Assembly (NCBI GenBank): GCA_036554845.1
Contig: DATBMP010000339.1
Location: forward strand, 1-33,275
Reading direction: 5' to 3'
DNA length: 33,275 nucleotides
DNA from: Pyrinomonadaceae bacterium
GTDB lineage: Bacteria; Acidobacteriota; Blastocatellia; Pyrinomonadales; Pyrinomonadaceae
In this document: in pieces, positions 1-8,594 of the stretch
Position numbering within the stretch: position 1 is the stretch's first letter
Layout: each line of letters begins with the position of its first letter
Translations under genes and position numbers: made by a program
Notes under the pieces: generated by a model
Told to the model about the DNA's origin: nothing
Seen by the model: only the letters and a program-made list of their open reading frames with translations
The model's database searches: none

Positions 1-291
1 ACTAATGAGATCGGAGTTCGGATGGCACTCGGCGCGCGTTCCGCAGATGTGTTGAGAATGGTCCTGAGACAAGGTCTGATGCTGACGTTTTTCGGACTAG
101 TAGCGGGTCTTACGGGCGCATTTGCGTTGACACGATTTTTGTCAGGTTTGTTGTTCGAAGTGGAGCCGACGGATCCGGTGACCTACGTGTTGGTGGCGGG
201 TGTTTTGAGCGTCGTCGCTGTTGCCGCGTGTTTGATACCGGCCCGGCGCGCAACGAAAGTCGATCCTTTGGTGGCTCTCAGGTACGAGTAA
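1..291 (+). CDS. ABC-type permease, ADOP family (MacB/FtsX-like), C-terminal fragment truncated by the window start
   Basis: Frame 1 is open from base 1 ([12 protein letters not shown]...). It ends in the ADOP signature ...[16 protein letters not shown] shared with the three downstream paralogs, and has hydrophobic FtsX-type helices. Confidence 0.85.
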   Translation, partial: TNEIGVRMALGARSADVLRMVLRQGLMLTFFGLVAGLTGAFALTRFLSGLLFEVEPTDPVTYVLVAGVLSVVAVAACLIPARRATKVDPLVALRYE

Positions 292-424
292 CGGTTTTGT
301 TGCCCAATGCCGCTCGTCGATTTCGCATAGGGTGAATTTCCATCACCTGTCATACAGAGCGACCCGGGGGAATTTGAGTAATACCCTTGGAACTCAATCA
401 ACAATCGGAAATCGGAGTAACAGG

Positions 425-2869
425 ATGGACACGCTAATCAAAGACCTTCGCTTTGGAGTCAAGAGTTTGCTCAAGCGCCCGACTTTCACGGTCGTTGCGA
501 TCGTCACGTTGGCCCTCGGCATTGGCGCGAACACCGCGATCTTCAGTCTGGTAAACGCAGTGCTCATTCGGCCTCTGTCATTCCACCAACCCGATCGGTT
601 GGTACGAGTATTTGAAGACGCGTCAGCAATCAACATCCCTCGCGATGACGTCGCACCAGGTAATTTCGCGGATTGGAGATCGCAACAGACTGTCTTTGAA
701 GATATGGCAGCAGCCGCTCCGAGAAGCTACAACCTGATCGGCGACGGCGAACCGGAACGTGTCCTGGCCCTCGCCGTGACCAACAGTTTCCTTCCCGTCC
801 TGGGTGTTCAGCCTCTCGTTGGCCGCAACTTCACAGCTGACGAAGACAAGCCAGGCGCAAACAGAGTAGTGATCCTTTGTTATGAATTGTGGCAGCGCAG
901 GTTTGGCGGAACGCTGGATATTGTCAACCGCGACATTCAACTGGACGACGAGATGTACCGCGTCGTCGGCGTAATGCCAGAACGATTTCAATTTGCCTCG
1001 AGCACAGTCGGGTTGTGGGTGCCGGCGGCCTTAACTGACCAACAACTTGCAGACCATGACAATCACTTCTTAATGGTGGTAGCGCGACTTAAATCTGGCA
1101 TTGCCGTGGCCCAGGCAGACGCTGAACTCCAAACAATCTCGCAAAGAATCGCGCGTGATCATCCTGAGGAAGCGCTGGGACTGAAATCCATCGTCGAACC
1201 TGTTCGTGAACAGATGGTTGCGTCGGTGCGCCGTCCTTTGTTGATGCTCGTGGTTGCCTCTGGTCTGGTTCTGCTGATTGCCTGCGCAAATATGGCGAGT
1301 CTGCAATTGTCGCGCGCTACCAGTCGGGGCAAGGAGATAGCTTTGCGAACCGCGCTCGGTGCGAGTCGCATTCGTATCGTTCGCCAGTTACTCACGGAAA
1401 GTATCTTGCTCGCGTTCATCGGTGGTGTCCTTGGATTGCTGGTTGCTGTGTGGAGCTTCGCGTTATTGAAACAGCTGGTACCAGCAGCGATGAAGATCTC
1501 GACGATGTTAGAGCTAGATTTCACCATGGTCGCTTACGCCGGCGCGGTCTCGCTCTTAACAGGAATTCTTTTTGGATTAGCTCCGGCACTTCAGGCTTCA
1601 AAGATCGACCTGAACGACGCCCTTAAGCAGGGAGGGATACGCACCGGACAGGGCGCGAAGGGTAACAAGCTTCGAGGCTCGCTGATTGTTGGTGAGGTCG
1701 CACTCGCACTCGTTCTTTTGATCGGCGCGGGACTGATGATTCAAACCATCTCTCATCTGCTGGGCCAATACTCACACTTTGAACCAGAAAGATTGTTGAC
1801 CCTTCGAACCATTATGTCTGACCGCAGTTACCGAGACCTTAAGGAATATCAAACAAAGGAACATCCCAAACGCCTGGCTTTCTACGATCAGGTGCTGGCG
1901 CACGTGAGGTCGCTACCGGGGGTGGTTTCAGCCGCGTACACGACGTCGGTACCTTTGGCCTGGAAAGGCGGATCAAACGGGGTAACGATTGAGACGCGCC
2001 AACAGGAAGAGGGCCGGGCGCCAAATGCGATCCATCGACAAATCAGCCCCGGATATTTTCAAACAATGAAGATCGCACTGAAGGAGGGTCGCGATTTCAC
2101 TGATCAGGATAACGAGACGGTGATTCCGGTTGCTATCGTTAACCAGTCACTCGCTCGCGAGTGGAAAGGTGAGAGTCCAATTGGTAAGCGCTTGAAGCTG
2201 GGGACGCCAAATGCTCCGTGGGTAACGGTGGTTGGCGTGGTCGCTGATGTAAGGCAGATGGGGATGGACCAGCCGGTTAAGTCCGAGATGTACTTACCGT
2301 ACCGGCAGATCTCTTCGCACCCCTGGTTTAGCCCACGAGATCTAGTCATTCGCACAACTGGAGATCCGAACTCACTGGTGGCGGCAGTACGTCGTGAGAT
2401 ACAAGCCGCAGATCCGAATCAACCTGTTGCCGGTGTGGCAACAATTGAAGAATTGTTGATTCGCGATGCTGGTTCACGCCGTCTGGCAATGATTCTACTT
2501 TCAGTCTTTGCGGGCCTGGCCTTGTTGTTAGCTTCGCTCGGAATCTACGGAGTGCTCTCTTTTGTCGTCACGCAACAGACAAGGGATATCGGAGTGAGAT
2601 TAGCGTTGGGAGCCCAAGTCGGTGACGTATTGGCACTGGTGTTGAAGACAGGGATGCGTTGGGTGCTGCTCGGTGTGGCGCTGGGATTGGTCGCGGCCTT
2701 TGCGCTATCACGGCTGGTGTCTAATTTGTTGTTTGGAGTAAGCGCTAAGGATCCGCTGACGTTCTTGTCTGTTGTATTGATTCTTATCACCGTTGCGTTG
2801 CTCGCATGTCTGATTCCGGCGCGACGCGCGACGAGAGTCGATCCACTTGTGGCGTTGCGGTACGAATAA
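425..2869 (+). CDS. ADOP family duplicated FtsX-domain ABC transporter permease
   Basis: The ORF is open from 332, but the family N-terminus MDTLIKDLRFGVKSLLKRPTFTVVAIVTLALGIGANTAIFS begins at ATG 425. Length is about 815 aa with two FtsX-like hydrophobic blocks. The C-terminus is [15 protein letters not shown]. Confidence 0.88.
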   Translation: MDTLIKDLRFGVKSLLKRPTFTVVAIVTLALGIGANTAIFSLVNAVLIRPLSFHQPDRLVRVFEDASAINIPRDDVAPGNFADWRSQQTVFEDMAAAAPRSYNLIGDGEPERVLALAVTNSFLPVLGVQPLVGRNFTADEDKPGANRVVILCYELWQRRFGGTLDIVNRDIQLDDEMYRVVGVMPERFQFASSTVGLWVPAALTDQQLADHDNHFLMVVARLKSGIAVAQADAELQTISQRIARDHPEEALGLKSIVEPVREQMVASVRRPLLMLVVASGLVLLIACANMASLQLSRATSRGKEIALRTALGASRIRIVRQLLTESILLAFIGGVLGLLVAVWSFALLKQLVPAAMKISTMLELDFTMVAYAGAVSLLTGILFGLAPALQASKIDLNDALKQGGIRTGQGAKGNKLRGSLIVGEVALALVLLIGAGLMIQTISHLLGQYSHFEPERLLTLRTIMSDRSYRDLKEYQTKEHPKRLAFYDQVLAHVRSLPGVVSAAYTTSVPLAWKGGSNGVTIETRQQEEGRAPNAIHRQISPGYFQTMKIALKEGRDFTDQDNETVIPVAIVNQSLAREWKGESPIGKRLKLGTPNAPWVTVVGVVADVRQMGMDQPVKSEMYLPYRQISSHPWFSPRDLVIRTTGDPNSLVAAVRREIQAADPNQPVAGVATIEELLIRDAGSRRLAMILLSVFAGLALLLASLGIYGVLSFVVTQQTRDIGVRLALGAQVGDVLALVLKTGMRWVLLGVALGLVAAFALSRLVSNLLFGVSAKDPLTFLSVVLILITVALLACLIPARRATRVDPLVALRYE

Positions 2870-2888
2870 GTTATCCAAAAAGGAGGTC

Positions 2889-3338
2889 ATGATGAAACTA
2901 ACTACTTTTGGAGCACTGCTGCTGACTGTAATTGTTTCGCATTCTACGATCTATGCACAGGATCAGGCCGATCGCGAGGGCGTGCGCATGGCAGTACTCG
3001 ATTACGTTGAGGGCATCTATAACGTTGAGCCGTCACGAATCGAGCGGAGCGTCTCTTCCAAACTTGCCAAGAGCGGTTTCTACCGTGGTCCCAACGACCA
3101 GACTTACCGGGATTCATCCGTAATGACCTTTGAACAACTCGTAAAGCTCGCCGGGAGTTGGAACAAGGATGGCAAACTCCGAAAGGACGCGCCGAAAGAG
3201 ATCACAATCTTCGACGTCCTGGATAAAACCGCGACGGCGAAACTGGTTGCTGAATGGGGCATCGATTACCTGCATCTGGCAAAGCTTGATGGCAAATGGA
3301 TGATCGTCAATGTCATCTGGCAGAGTCCGATGAAGTGA
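2889..3338 (+). CDS. NTF2-fold, putative lumazine-binding-like secreted protein
   Basis: AGGAGG (2881-2886) precedes ATG 2889. A signal-peptide-like N-terminus is present (MMKLTTFGALLLTVIVSHSTIYAQ). The pattern ...AVLDYVEGIY...LAKLDGKWMIVNVIW resembles the NTF2/SnoaL-like lumazine-binding family. The 2847 start in the ORF track overlaps the upstream gene and has no RBS. Confidence 0.6.
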   Translation: MMKLTTFGALLLTVIVSHSTIYAQDQADREGVRMAVLDYVEGIYNVEPSRIERSVSSKLAKSGFYRGPNDQTYRDSSVMTFEQLVKLAGSWNKDGKLRKDAPKEITIFDVLDKTATAKLVAEWGIDYLHLAKLDGKWMIVNVIWQSPMK

Positions 3339-3359
3339 TCGGGCATTAAGGTAGGAAAT

Positions 3360-5771
3360 ATGGACGCACTCAAACAGGACCTTCGTTTTGGTATCCGGGC
3401 TTTGTTGTCGCGACCGGCATTCACTGTGGTCGCGCTGTTGACCCTTCTAGTTGGTATTGGCGCCAACACCGCGATGTTCACCGTGGTTAATGCTGTCCTG
3501 TTGCGACCGCTCTCGTTTCCTGAGTCTGACCAGATCGTTGTTTTTGCCGGCACCAATCCGGCAAAGGGAATCACGCAAAGCAACATGTCTTTACCAGACT
3601 TCGCTGACTGGAAGCATCAATCGCAATCATTTGAACAGCTCGCGGGCTTCGTCGCCGGCGGGTCGATACTCGCTCACGGAGATGAATCAGAACGTGTCCG
3701 AGGCACCGGCGTCACCGTTGACTTTTTCCCGTTGTTTCGAACGAGTCCATTGAAAGGTCGATTGCTTCAGCCAGACGATGCCGAACCTGGACGCGAATCA
3801 GTAGTGTTGCTGAGTCATGCTCTCTGGCAACGACGTTTTGGCGCCGATCCAAATATCGTGGGAACAAAAGTGATGCTTACCACGAAACCCACAACTATTG
3901 TTGGGGTCATGCCGCAGGGTTTTGATTACCCGGCGCAGACGGAAGTGTGGGTGCCTTATGTATTTGATGCGGCGAATGAAAGACGCGACAACCGCTTTAT
4001 CAGCGTCATCGGAAGATTGAAAAATGGTGTTTCGATTCAACAGGCCCAGATCGAAATCAACACCATCAATCAACGATTGGCCCAAAGTTATAGCGATACA
4101 AACGCGGGATGGAGCGCCCAGCTTACCGATCTTCGGGAAAGTTTGGTCGGCGGATTGCGAATTGCGCTGCTGGTTCTGTTAGGCGCAGTGGCCTTTGTCT
4201 TATTAATTGCCTGCGCGAATGTTGCAAATCTGCAGTTGGCACGTGCGACTTATCGTCAGAAAGAGATGGCGGTACGTTCAGCCTTGGGAGCCAGCCGGTT
4301 TCGCATGATCCGCCAGTTGTTGACTGAGAGTGCGTTACTGTCGGCGCTGGGTGGTGTGCTCGGACTGGCGTTAAGTGTATGGCTAACACAACTTCTCATT
4401 TCGTGGAGTCCTCCGAACAGCCCACGTTTCGATGAGATCGGGATCGATATCCAGGTCTTTCTCTTCACCTTCGCGGTAACGATTCTCACCGGTTTGGTTT
4501 TCGGACTTGTACCCGCTTTGCAAACGTCGCGTCCGGATGTGAACGATGTCTTGCGAGGCAGTGGGCGTCAAGGATCATCGGGCGGCAAACATAATCGCGT
4601 TGGCGGTATCTTGATGATCTCCGAGATCGCGCTGTCGGTCATTTTGCTGGCTGGTGCCGGTCTGTTGATTCAAAGTTTCGCTCGTCTGCGCGAAGTCAAT
4701 CCAGGTTTCAAAGCTAACAACGTGTTAACGATGCGACTGTCGATTCCACCCGGCAAGATTCCTCCTGGCCCAGGACGCGCGCAGTTCTATCGCGAAGTCA
4801 CAGAACGCGTGAAGACACTCTCCGGCGTTCAATCGGCAAGCGCAGTTCTTAGCCTTCCACTCGGTGGCGACACATTCAATGTTGGTCGCTCATTCATTCG
4901 TGAAGGACGTCCTGCAACCCCTGAAGAATCCGCCAATGCCACCTACCTGGTTGTCACGCCTGATTACTGGCAGACCCTGCAGATCCCTTTGAAGTCGGGT
5001 CGCATCTTTACCGAAAACGACACCGACCAAACAACCAAAGTCGTGATTATTAACGAGACGATGGCGCGGCAACACTGGGGCGGTGAAAACCCGATTGGAA
5101 GAAGAATAACCATCTGGCGCGATGAAGATTTTCCGCGCGAGGTAGTTGGTGTCGTGGGCGACACCAAGTCATCACTTGACACGGATCCGGGCGCTCAGAT
5201 GTACGTGCCGTATGCACAGGATCCCGGTTGGGGAAGTTTGACGCTTGCTGTGCGTACTGCCGGTGAACCTACTGCTCTGGTTGGTTCTGTTCGCGAACAG
5301 ATTAGAAGCATCGACAAACTGGTTCCGACCTACAGTGTGAAGACCATGAACGATGTGGTCCAGAACTCTGCCGCGCCCAGACGTACCCCGATGCTTCTGT
5401 TGACCGTGTTTGCGGGTGTGGCACTTCTGTTGGCGATGCTTGGTATTTATGGCGTCACGGCTTATTACGTCAGACAACGCACACAGGAGATTGGAATCCG
5501 CATCGCACTTGGGGCGCAGCGCGCAGATGTTCTCAAACTGGTGTTGAAGCGCGGCATGTTTCTCTCTCTGATCGGAGTGATTGTTGGCGTCGCGGGCGCG
5601 TTTGCACTGACACGTTATCTGACAACGCTGCTGTTTGGAGTTCCACCGGTGGATCCGCTGACATTCGCAGGAGTTTCGTTGTTGCTGGTCCTGGTCGCGC
5701 TTTTAGCATGTTACGTGCCGGCACGACGTGCCTTGAAAGTCGATCCATTGGTGGCGCTGCGGTACGAATGA
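3360..5771 (+). CDS. ADOP family duplicated FtsX-domain ABC transporter permease
   Basis: N-terminus MDALKQDLRFGIRALLSRPAFTVVALLTLLVGIGANTAMF, 803 aa, C-terminus [15 protein letters not shown]. Confidence 0.88.
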   Translation: MDALKQDLRFGIRALLSRPAFTVVALLTLLVGIGANTAMFTVVNAVLLRPLSFPESDQIVVFAGTNPAKGITQSNMSLPDFADWKHQSQSFEQLAGFVAGGSILAHGDESERVRGTGVTVDFFPLFRTSPLKGRLLQPDDAEPGRESVVLLSHALWQRRFGADPNIVGTKVMLTTKPTTIVGVMPQGFDYPAQTEVWVPYVFDAANERRDNRFISVIGRLKNGVSIQQAQIEINTINQRLAQSYSDTNAGWSAQLTDLRESLVGGLRIALLVLLGAVAFVLLIACANVANLQLARATYRQKEMAVRSALGASRFRMIRQLLTESALLSALGGVLGLALSVWLTQLLISWSPPNSPRFDEIGIDIQVFLFTFAVTILTGLVFGLVPALQTSRPDVNDVLRGSGRQGSSGGKHNRVGGILMISEIALSVILLAGAGLLIQSFARLREVNPGFKANNVLTMRLSIPPGKIPPGPGRAQFYREVTERVKTLSGVQSASAVLSLPLGGDTFNVGRSFIREGRPATPEESANATYLVVTPDYWQTLQIPLKSGRIFTENDTDQTTKVVIINETMARQHWGGENPIGRRITIWRDEDFPREVVGVVGDTKSSLDTDPGAQMYVPYAQDPGWGSLTLAVRTAGEPTALVGSVREQIRSIDKLVPTYSVKTMNDVVQNSAAPRRTPMLLLTVFAGVALLLAMLGIYGVTAYYVRQRTQEIGIRIALGAQRADVLKLVLKRGMFLSLIGVIVGVAGAFALTRYLTTLLFGVPPVDPLTFAGVSLLLVLVALLACYVPARRALKVDPLVALRYE

Positions 5772-5775
5772 GCTC

Positions 5776-5872
5776 ATTGCCGATGATTGATTGCAATTGG
5801 CGACTGGAGGACGCAACTGCTTTACTGACTACTGACTACTGACTTCTGACTACTTAACTACTTACTACTAAC
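5776..5872. repeat. Heptanucleotide tandem-repeat tract with two juxtaposed unit families: ATTGCCG-like, then ACTGACT-like
   Basis: The first family reads ATTGCCG ATGATTG ATTGCAA TTGGCGA (5776-5803). The second has seven units in 5824-5872, the first three being perfect ACTGACT (5824-5844). The tract lies between the ADOP stop (5771) and the RBS AAAGGAG of the next ADOP gene. Confidence 0.8.
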
Positions 5873-5889
5873 CCTCAAAGGAGTTACAC

Positions 5890-8340
5890 ATGCGCGGACT
5901 AAGTCGAGACATCCGGTACGCCATTCGAAACTTGATTAAACGACCGGCCTTCACCGCGATTGCTTTGGCTACACTCGCTCTCGGCATCGGCGCGAACACC
6001 GCAATCTTTAGCCTGGTCAATACCGTCCTCTTGCGACCACTTCCAGTTGCCGATCCAGAGAAAGTTGTCTCAGTCGCAGTTCGGGGAAAGGGCGACGCGA
6101 TCGGTGCGTTCTCGTATCCAAACTATCAGGACTTTCGCGATCGCAATCAGGTGTTGTCAAGCTTTCTCATCTACCGGTTCGTGCCAATGAGCTTGAGTGG
6201 TGCCGGCGGAAACGAACGGATCTGGGGCTACGAAGTATCAGGAAACTATTTTGATGTGCTCGGCGTGAAGGCAGTCAAAGGACGCACCTTCCTTCCTGAT
6301 GAAGATCGCACGCGGCTAACGCATCCTGTGATCGTGATCAGTCACGCTTCCTGGCAAAGGCGTTATGCTGCCGATCCGGATATCGTCGGGAAGGAAGTCC
6401 TCATTAATAATCATCCCTTCCAGATCATCGGCGTTGCTCCGCCCGAATTTCAGGGCACGGAATTCGTTTACATGCCCGAACTTTGGGTGCCGGTTTCGAT
6501 GATGGGTTGGATTGAACCGGGTTCTGGTTGGCTCGACAGTCGCAAGAGTGCGAACTTCTTCGGTATTGGACGTTTGAAAGATGGAGTGTCACTGGCCCAG
6601 GCAGAGTCGTCGTTGAATATTCTCGCGAGTGACCTTGCACGCGAATTCCCCGACAGCAATGAAGGACTGACCATTGTTCTGACCCCTCCCGGATTCATCA
6701 TTCCTGATTTGCGAGGGTCAGTTGTCAGCTTCACCTGGATTCTGATGGCCGCCGTTGCGCTCGTCCTTTTGATTACCTGCACCAACCTCGCTGGCCTGCT
6801 GCTGGCTCGAGCTACCGATCGACGCAAAGAGATTGCGATTCGACTTTCATTGGGCGCCGACCGGCGGCGGCTGGTCCGACAATTACTGACTGAGAACGTT
6901 TTGCTATCAGTCGTCGGTGGAGCACTCGGCTTCTGGTTGGCGCTTTGGATTATTAGACTCCTGTTGGCATTCAAGCCTCCGATCGATTTTCCGCTGACTG
7001 TGGACCTAAGCGTGGATTGGCGAGTTTTAGTGTTCACCCTCGCCATCTCGCTCATCACCGGCGCGTTGTTTGGTCTCGCGCCCGCGCTTCAGGCGACACG
7101 AGCAAGCATTACCTCGGCATTGAAAGATACTGCTGACCAGGGCGGCCATTCGCGTTCACGACTGCGCGGTACATTGGTGGTGGCCCAACTGGCAGTTTCA
7201 CTGATGATTCTGATATCGGCGGGATTGGTGGCCCGATCATTTGCAAAACTGCAGTCGATGAATCCCGGATTCGACCCTCGCAACGCGCTGACACTGTCGT
7301 TCGATCTCGGACTGCAGGGTTACGACGACGCCAGGGGCATGGATTTTCAGCGTCAAACTGTGGATCGAGTTCAGTCATTACCTGGCGTGAAGTCTGTTGC
7401 CATTGCTTCGAACATTCCCCTTTCCTTGAACTACAACAGCACCAACGTCTACGTTGAGGGTCACGCTCCTGAGCGAGGTGCGAACCTGCCTCAGGCGATG
7501 ACGGCTTCAGTGAGTCCAAAGTACTTCGCTACGATGGGCACCAGGATAGTCGAGGGTCGCGAGTTTACGGACCACGATAAGAAGGATTCAGAAAGTGTTG
7601 TTATCGTGAACGAGACTTTCGTGCGCCGAATCATTCCCGAAGCCAAATCGCCAGCCGACGCGCTCAATCGTCGAATCAGTTTCAGTGGTATACAAGGACC
7701 GTACTCGCTGATTGTTGGGGTCGCTAAAGATGGCAAGTACTTCAACATTGCCGAAGAGCCTCGTTCTTTTATCTGGTCGTCGATGGCCCAGGACAATACC
7801 AATGGTGGCAGCCTGGTAATCCGAACTGAAGGTCCCCCTGAAGCAACAATCTCAGCGGCAAGAAACGTAGTTCTCTCGGTGGATCCTAACTTACCGCTCT
7901 TTGATGTAAAGACCTTGGACGAGCATATGCAGTTCGCGCTCTTCCCATCTCGAGTGGCAGCATTTGTGTTGGGTGCGTTCGGTATCGTGGCGCTGGCACT
8001 CGCAGCGATAGGAATCTATGGCGTCACCGCGTATTCGGTTTCGCAGCGCACGCGCGAAATCGGAATTCGCATCGCCCTGGGCGCGCAGTTGGGTGACGTA
8101 TTGAGAATGATCCTGCGGACTGCGGTAATACTTACAACGATTGGAGTTGTGTTGGGACTGCTGGGAGCGTTTCTCTTGACGCGCGCGCTAAGCAGTTTAT
8201 TGAGTGGCGTCAGCGCAACGGACCCGGTGACCTTCATCATTGTGTCTCTTGTAATGATCCTGGTTGCCCTGCTCGCTTCCTACTTTCCTGCCAGACGCGC
8301 AACGAAAGTCGATCCGTTAATCGCGCTGCGGTATGAGTGA
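5890..8340 (+). CDS. ADOP family duplicated FtsX-domain ABC transporter permease
   Basis: RBS AAAGGAG lies upstream of ATG 5890. N-terminus MRGLSRDIRYAIRNLIKRPAFTAIALATLALGIGANTAIFS, 816 aa, C-terminus [15 protein letters not shown]. Confidence 0.88.
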   Translation: MRGLSRDIRYAIRNLIKRPAFTAIALATLALGIGANTAIFSLVNTVLLRPLPVADPEKVVSVAVRGKGDAIGAFSYPNYQDFRDRNQVLSSFLIYRFVPMSLSGAGGNERIWGYEVSGNYFDVLGVKAVKGRTFLPDEDRTRLTHPVIVISHASWQRRYAADPDIVGKEVLINNHPFQIIGVAPPEFQGTEFVYMPELWVPVSMMGWIEPGSGWLDSRKSANFFGIGRLKDGVSLAQAESSLNILASDLAREFPDSNEGLTIVLTPPGFIIPDLRGSVVSFTWILMAAVALVLLITCTNLAGLLLARATDRRKEIAIRLSLGADRRRLVRQLLTENVLLSVVGGALGFWLALWIIRLLLAFKPPIDFPLTVDLSVDWRVLVFTLAISLITGALFGLAPALQATRASITSALKDTADQGGHSRSRLRGTLVVAQLAVSLMILISAGLVARSFAKLQSMNPGFDPRNALTLSFDLGLQGYDDARGMDFQRQTVDRVQSLPGVKSVAIASNIPLSLNYNSTNVYVEGHAPERGANLPQAMTASVSPKYFATMGTRIVEGREFTDHDKKDSESVVIVNETFVRRIIPEAKSPADALNRRISFSGIQGPYSLIVGVAKDGKYFNIAEEPRSFIWSSMAQDNTNGGSLVIRTEGPPEATISAARNVVLSVDPNLPLFDVKTLDEHMQFALFPSRVAAFVLGAFGIVALALAAIGIYGVTAYSVSQRTREIGIRIALGAQLGDVLRMILRTAVILTTIGVVLGLLGAFLLTRALSSLLSGVSATDPVTFIIVSLVMILVALLASYFPARRATKVDPLIALRYE

Positions 8341-8344
8341 AGGA

Positions 8345-8584
8345 AATTTCGGAATGCGGGTTTCGGATTTCGGATTTGGAGTTGGGATTTGTAAGTTGTT
8401 GGTGGTTCGAAGACTTACTTAGGGTTTCTCGTGATGTGATTTAATTGGGTCGTATTTGTCCTCCTATTAAATGCCGGCTACGAGGCAACACCGAACTAAC
8501 CCAAATTCCAAATTCCAAATAATTCCACAATCCAAATTCCAAATTCCAAATTCCAAATTCCAAATTCCAAATTCGAAATCCAAC
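8345..8584. repeat. Inverted pair of heptamer tandem arrays, (CGGATTT)-like left arm and (ATTCCAA/GAAATCC)-like right arm, around a 107-bp spacer
   Basis: The left arm has 7 units in 8345-8393 (AATTTCG GAATGCG GGTTTCG GATTTCG GATTTGG AGTTGGG ATTTGTA). The right arm has 12 units in 8501-8584, including five consecutive perfect ATTCCAA units (8536-8570). The arms are approximate reverse complements. The right arm ends 10 nt before the ATG at 8595. Confidence 0.85.
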
Positions 8585-8594
8585 AAATAACCCC

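Noticed and set aside
332-424. Upstream-extended start codons from the ORF track (332, 2847, 11370, 17704 on the minus strand, 28925, 30767)
   Set aside because: In each case the extension overlaps the upstream gene or adds non-conserved residues. An internal start coincides with the family N-terminus or a signal peptide, and three of these internal starts (2889, 11457, 29051) also have a clear RBS. The internal starts are 425, 2889, 11457, 17494, 29051 and 30839.
8501-8584. CRISPR array
   Set aside because: The repeats are contiguous 7-nt units with no spacers, far below CRISPR repeat length. No cas genes are in the window. The same applies to the arrays at 5824, 22859, 24362, 25529 and 32929.
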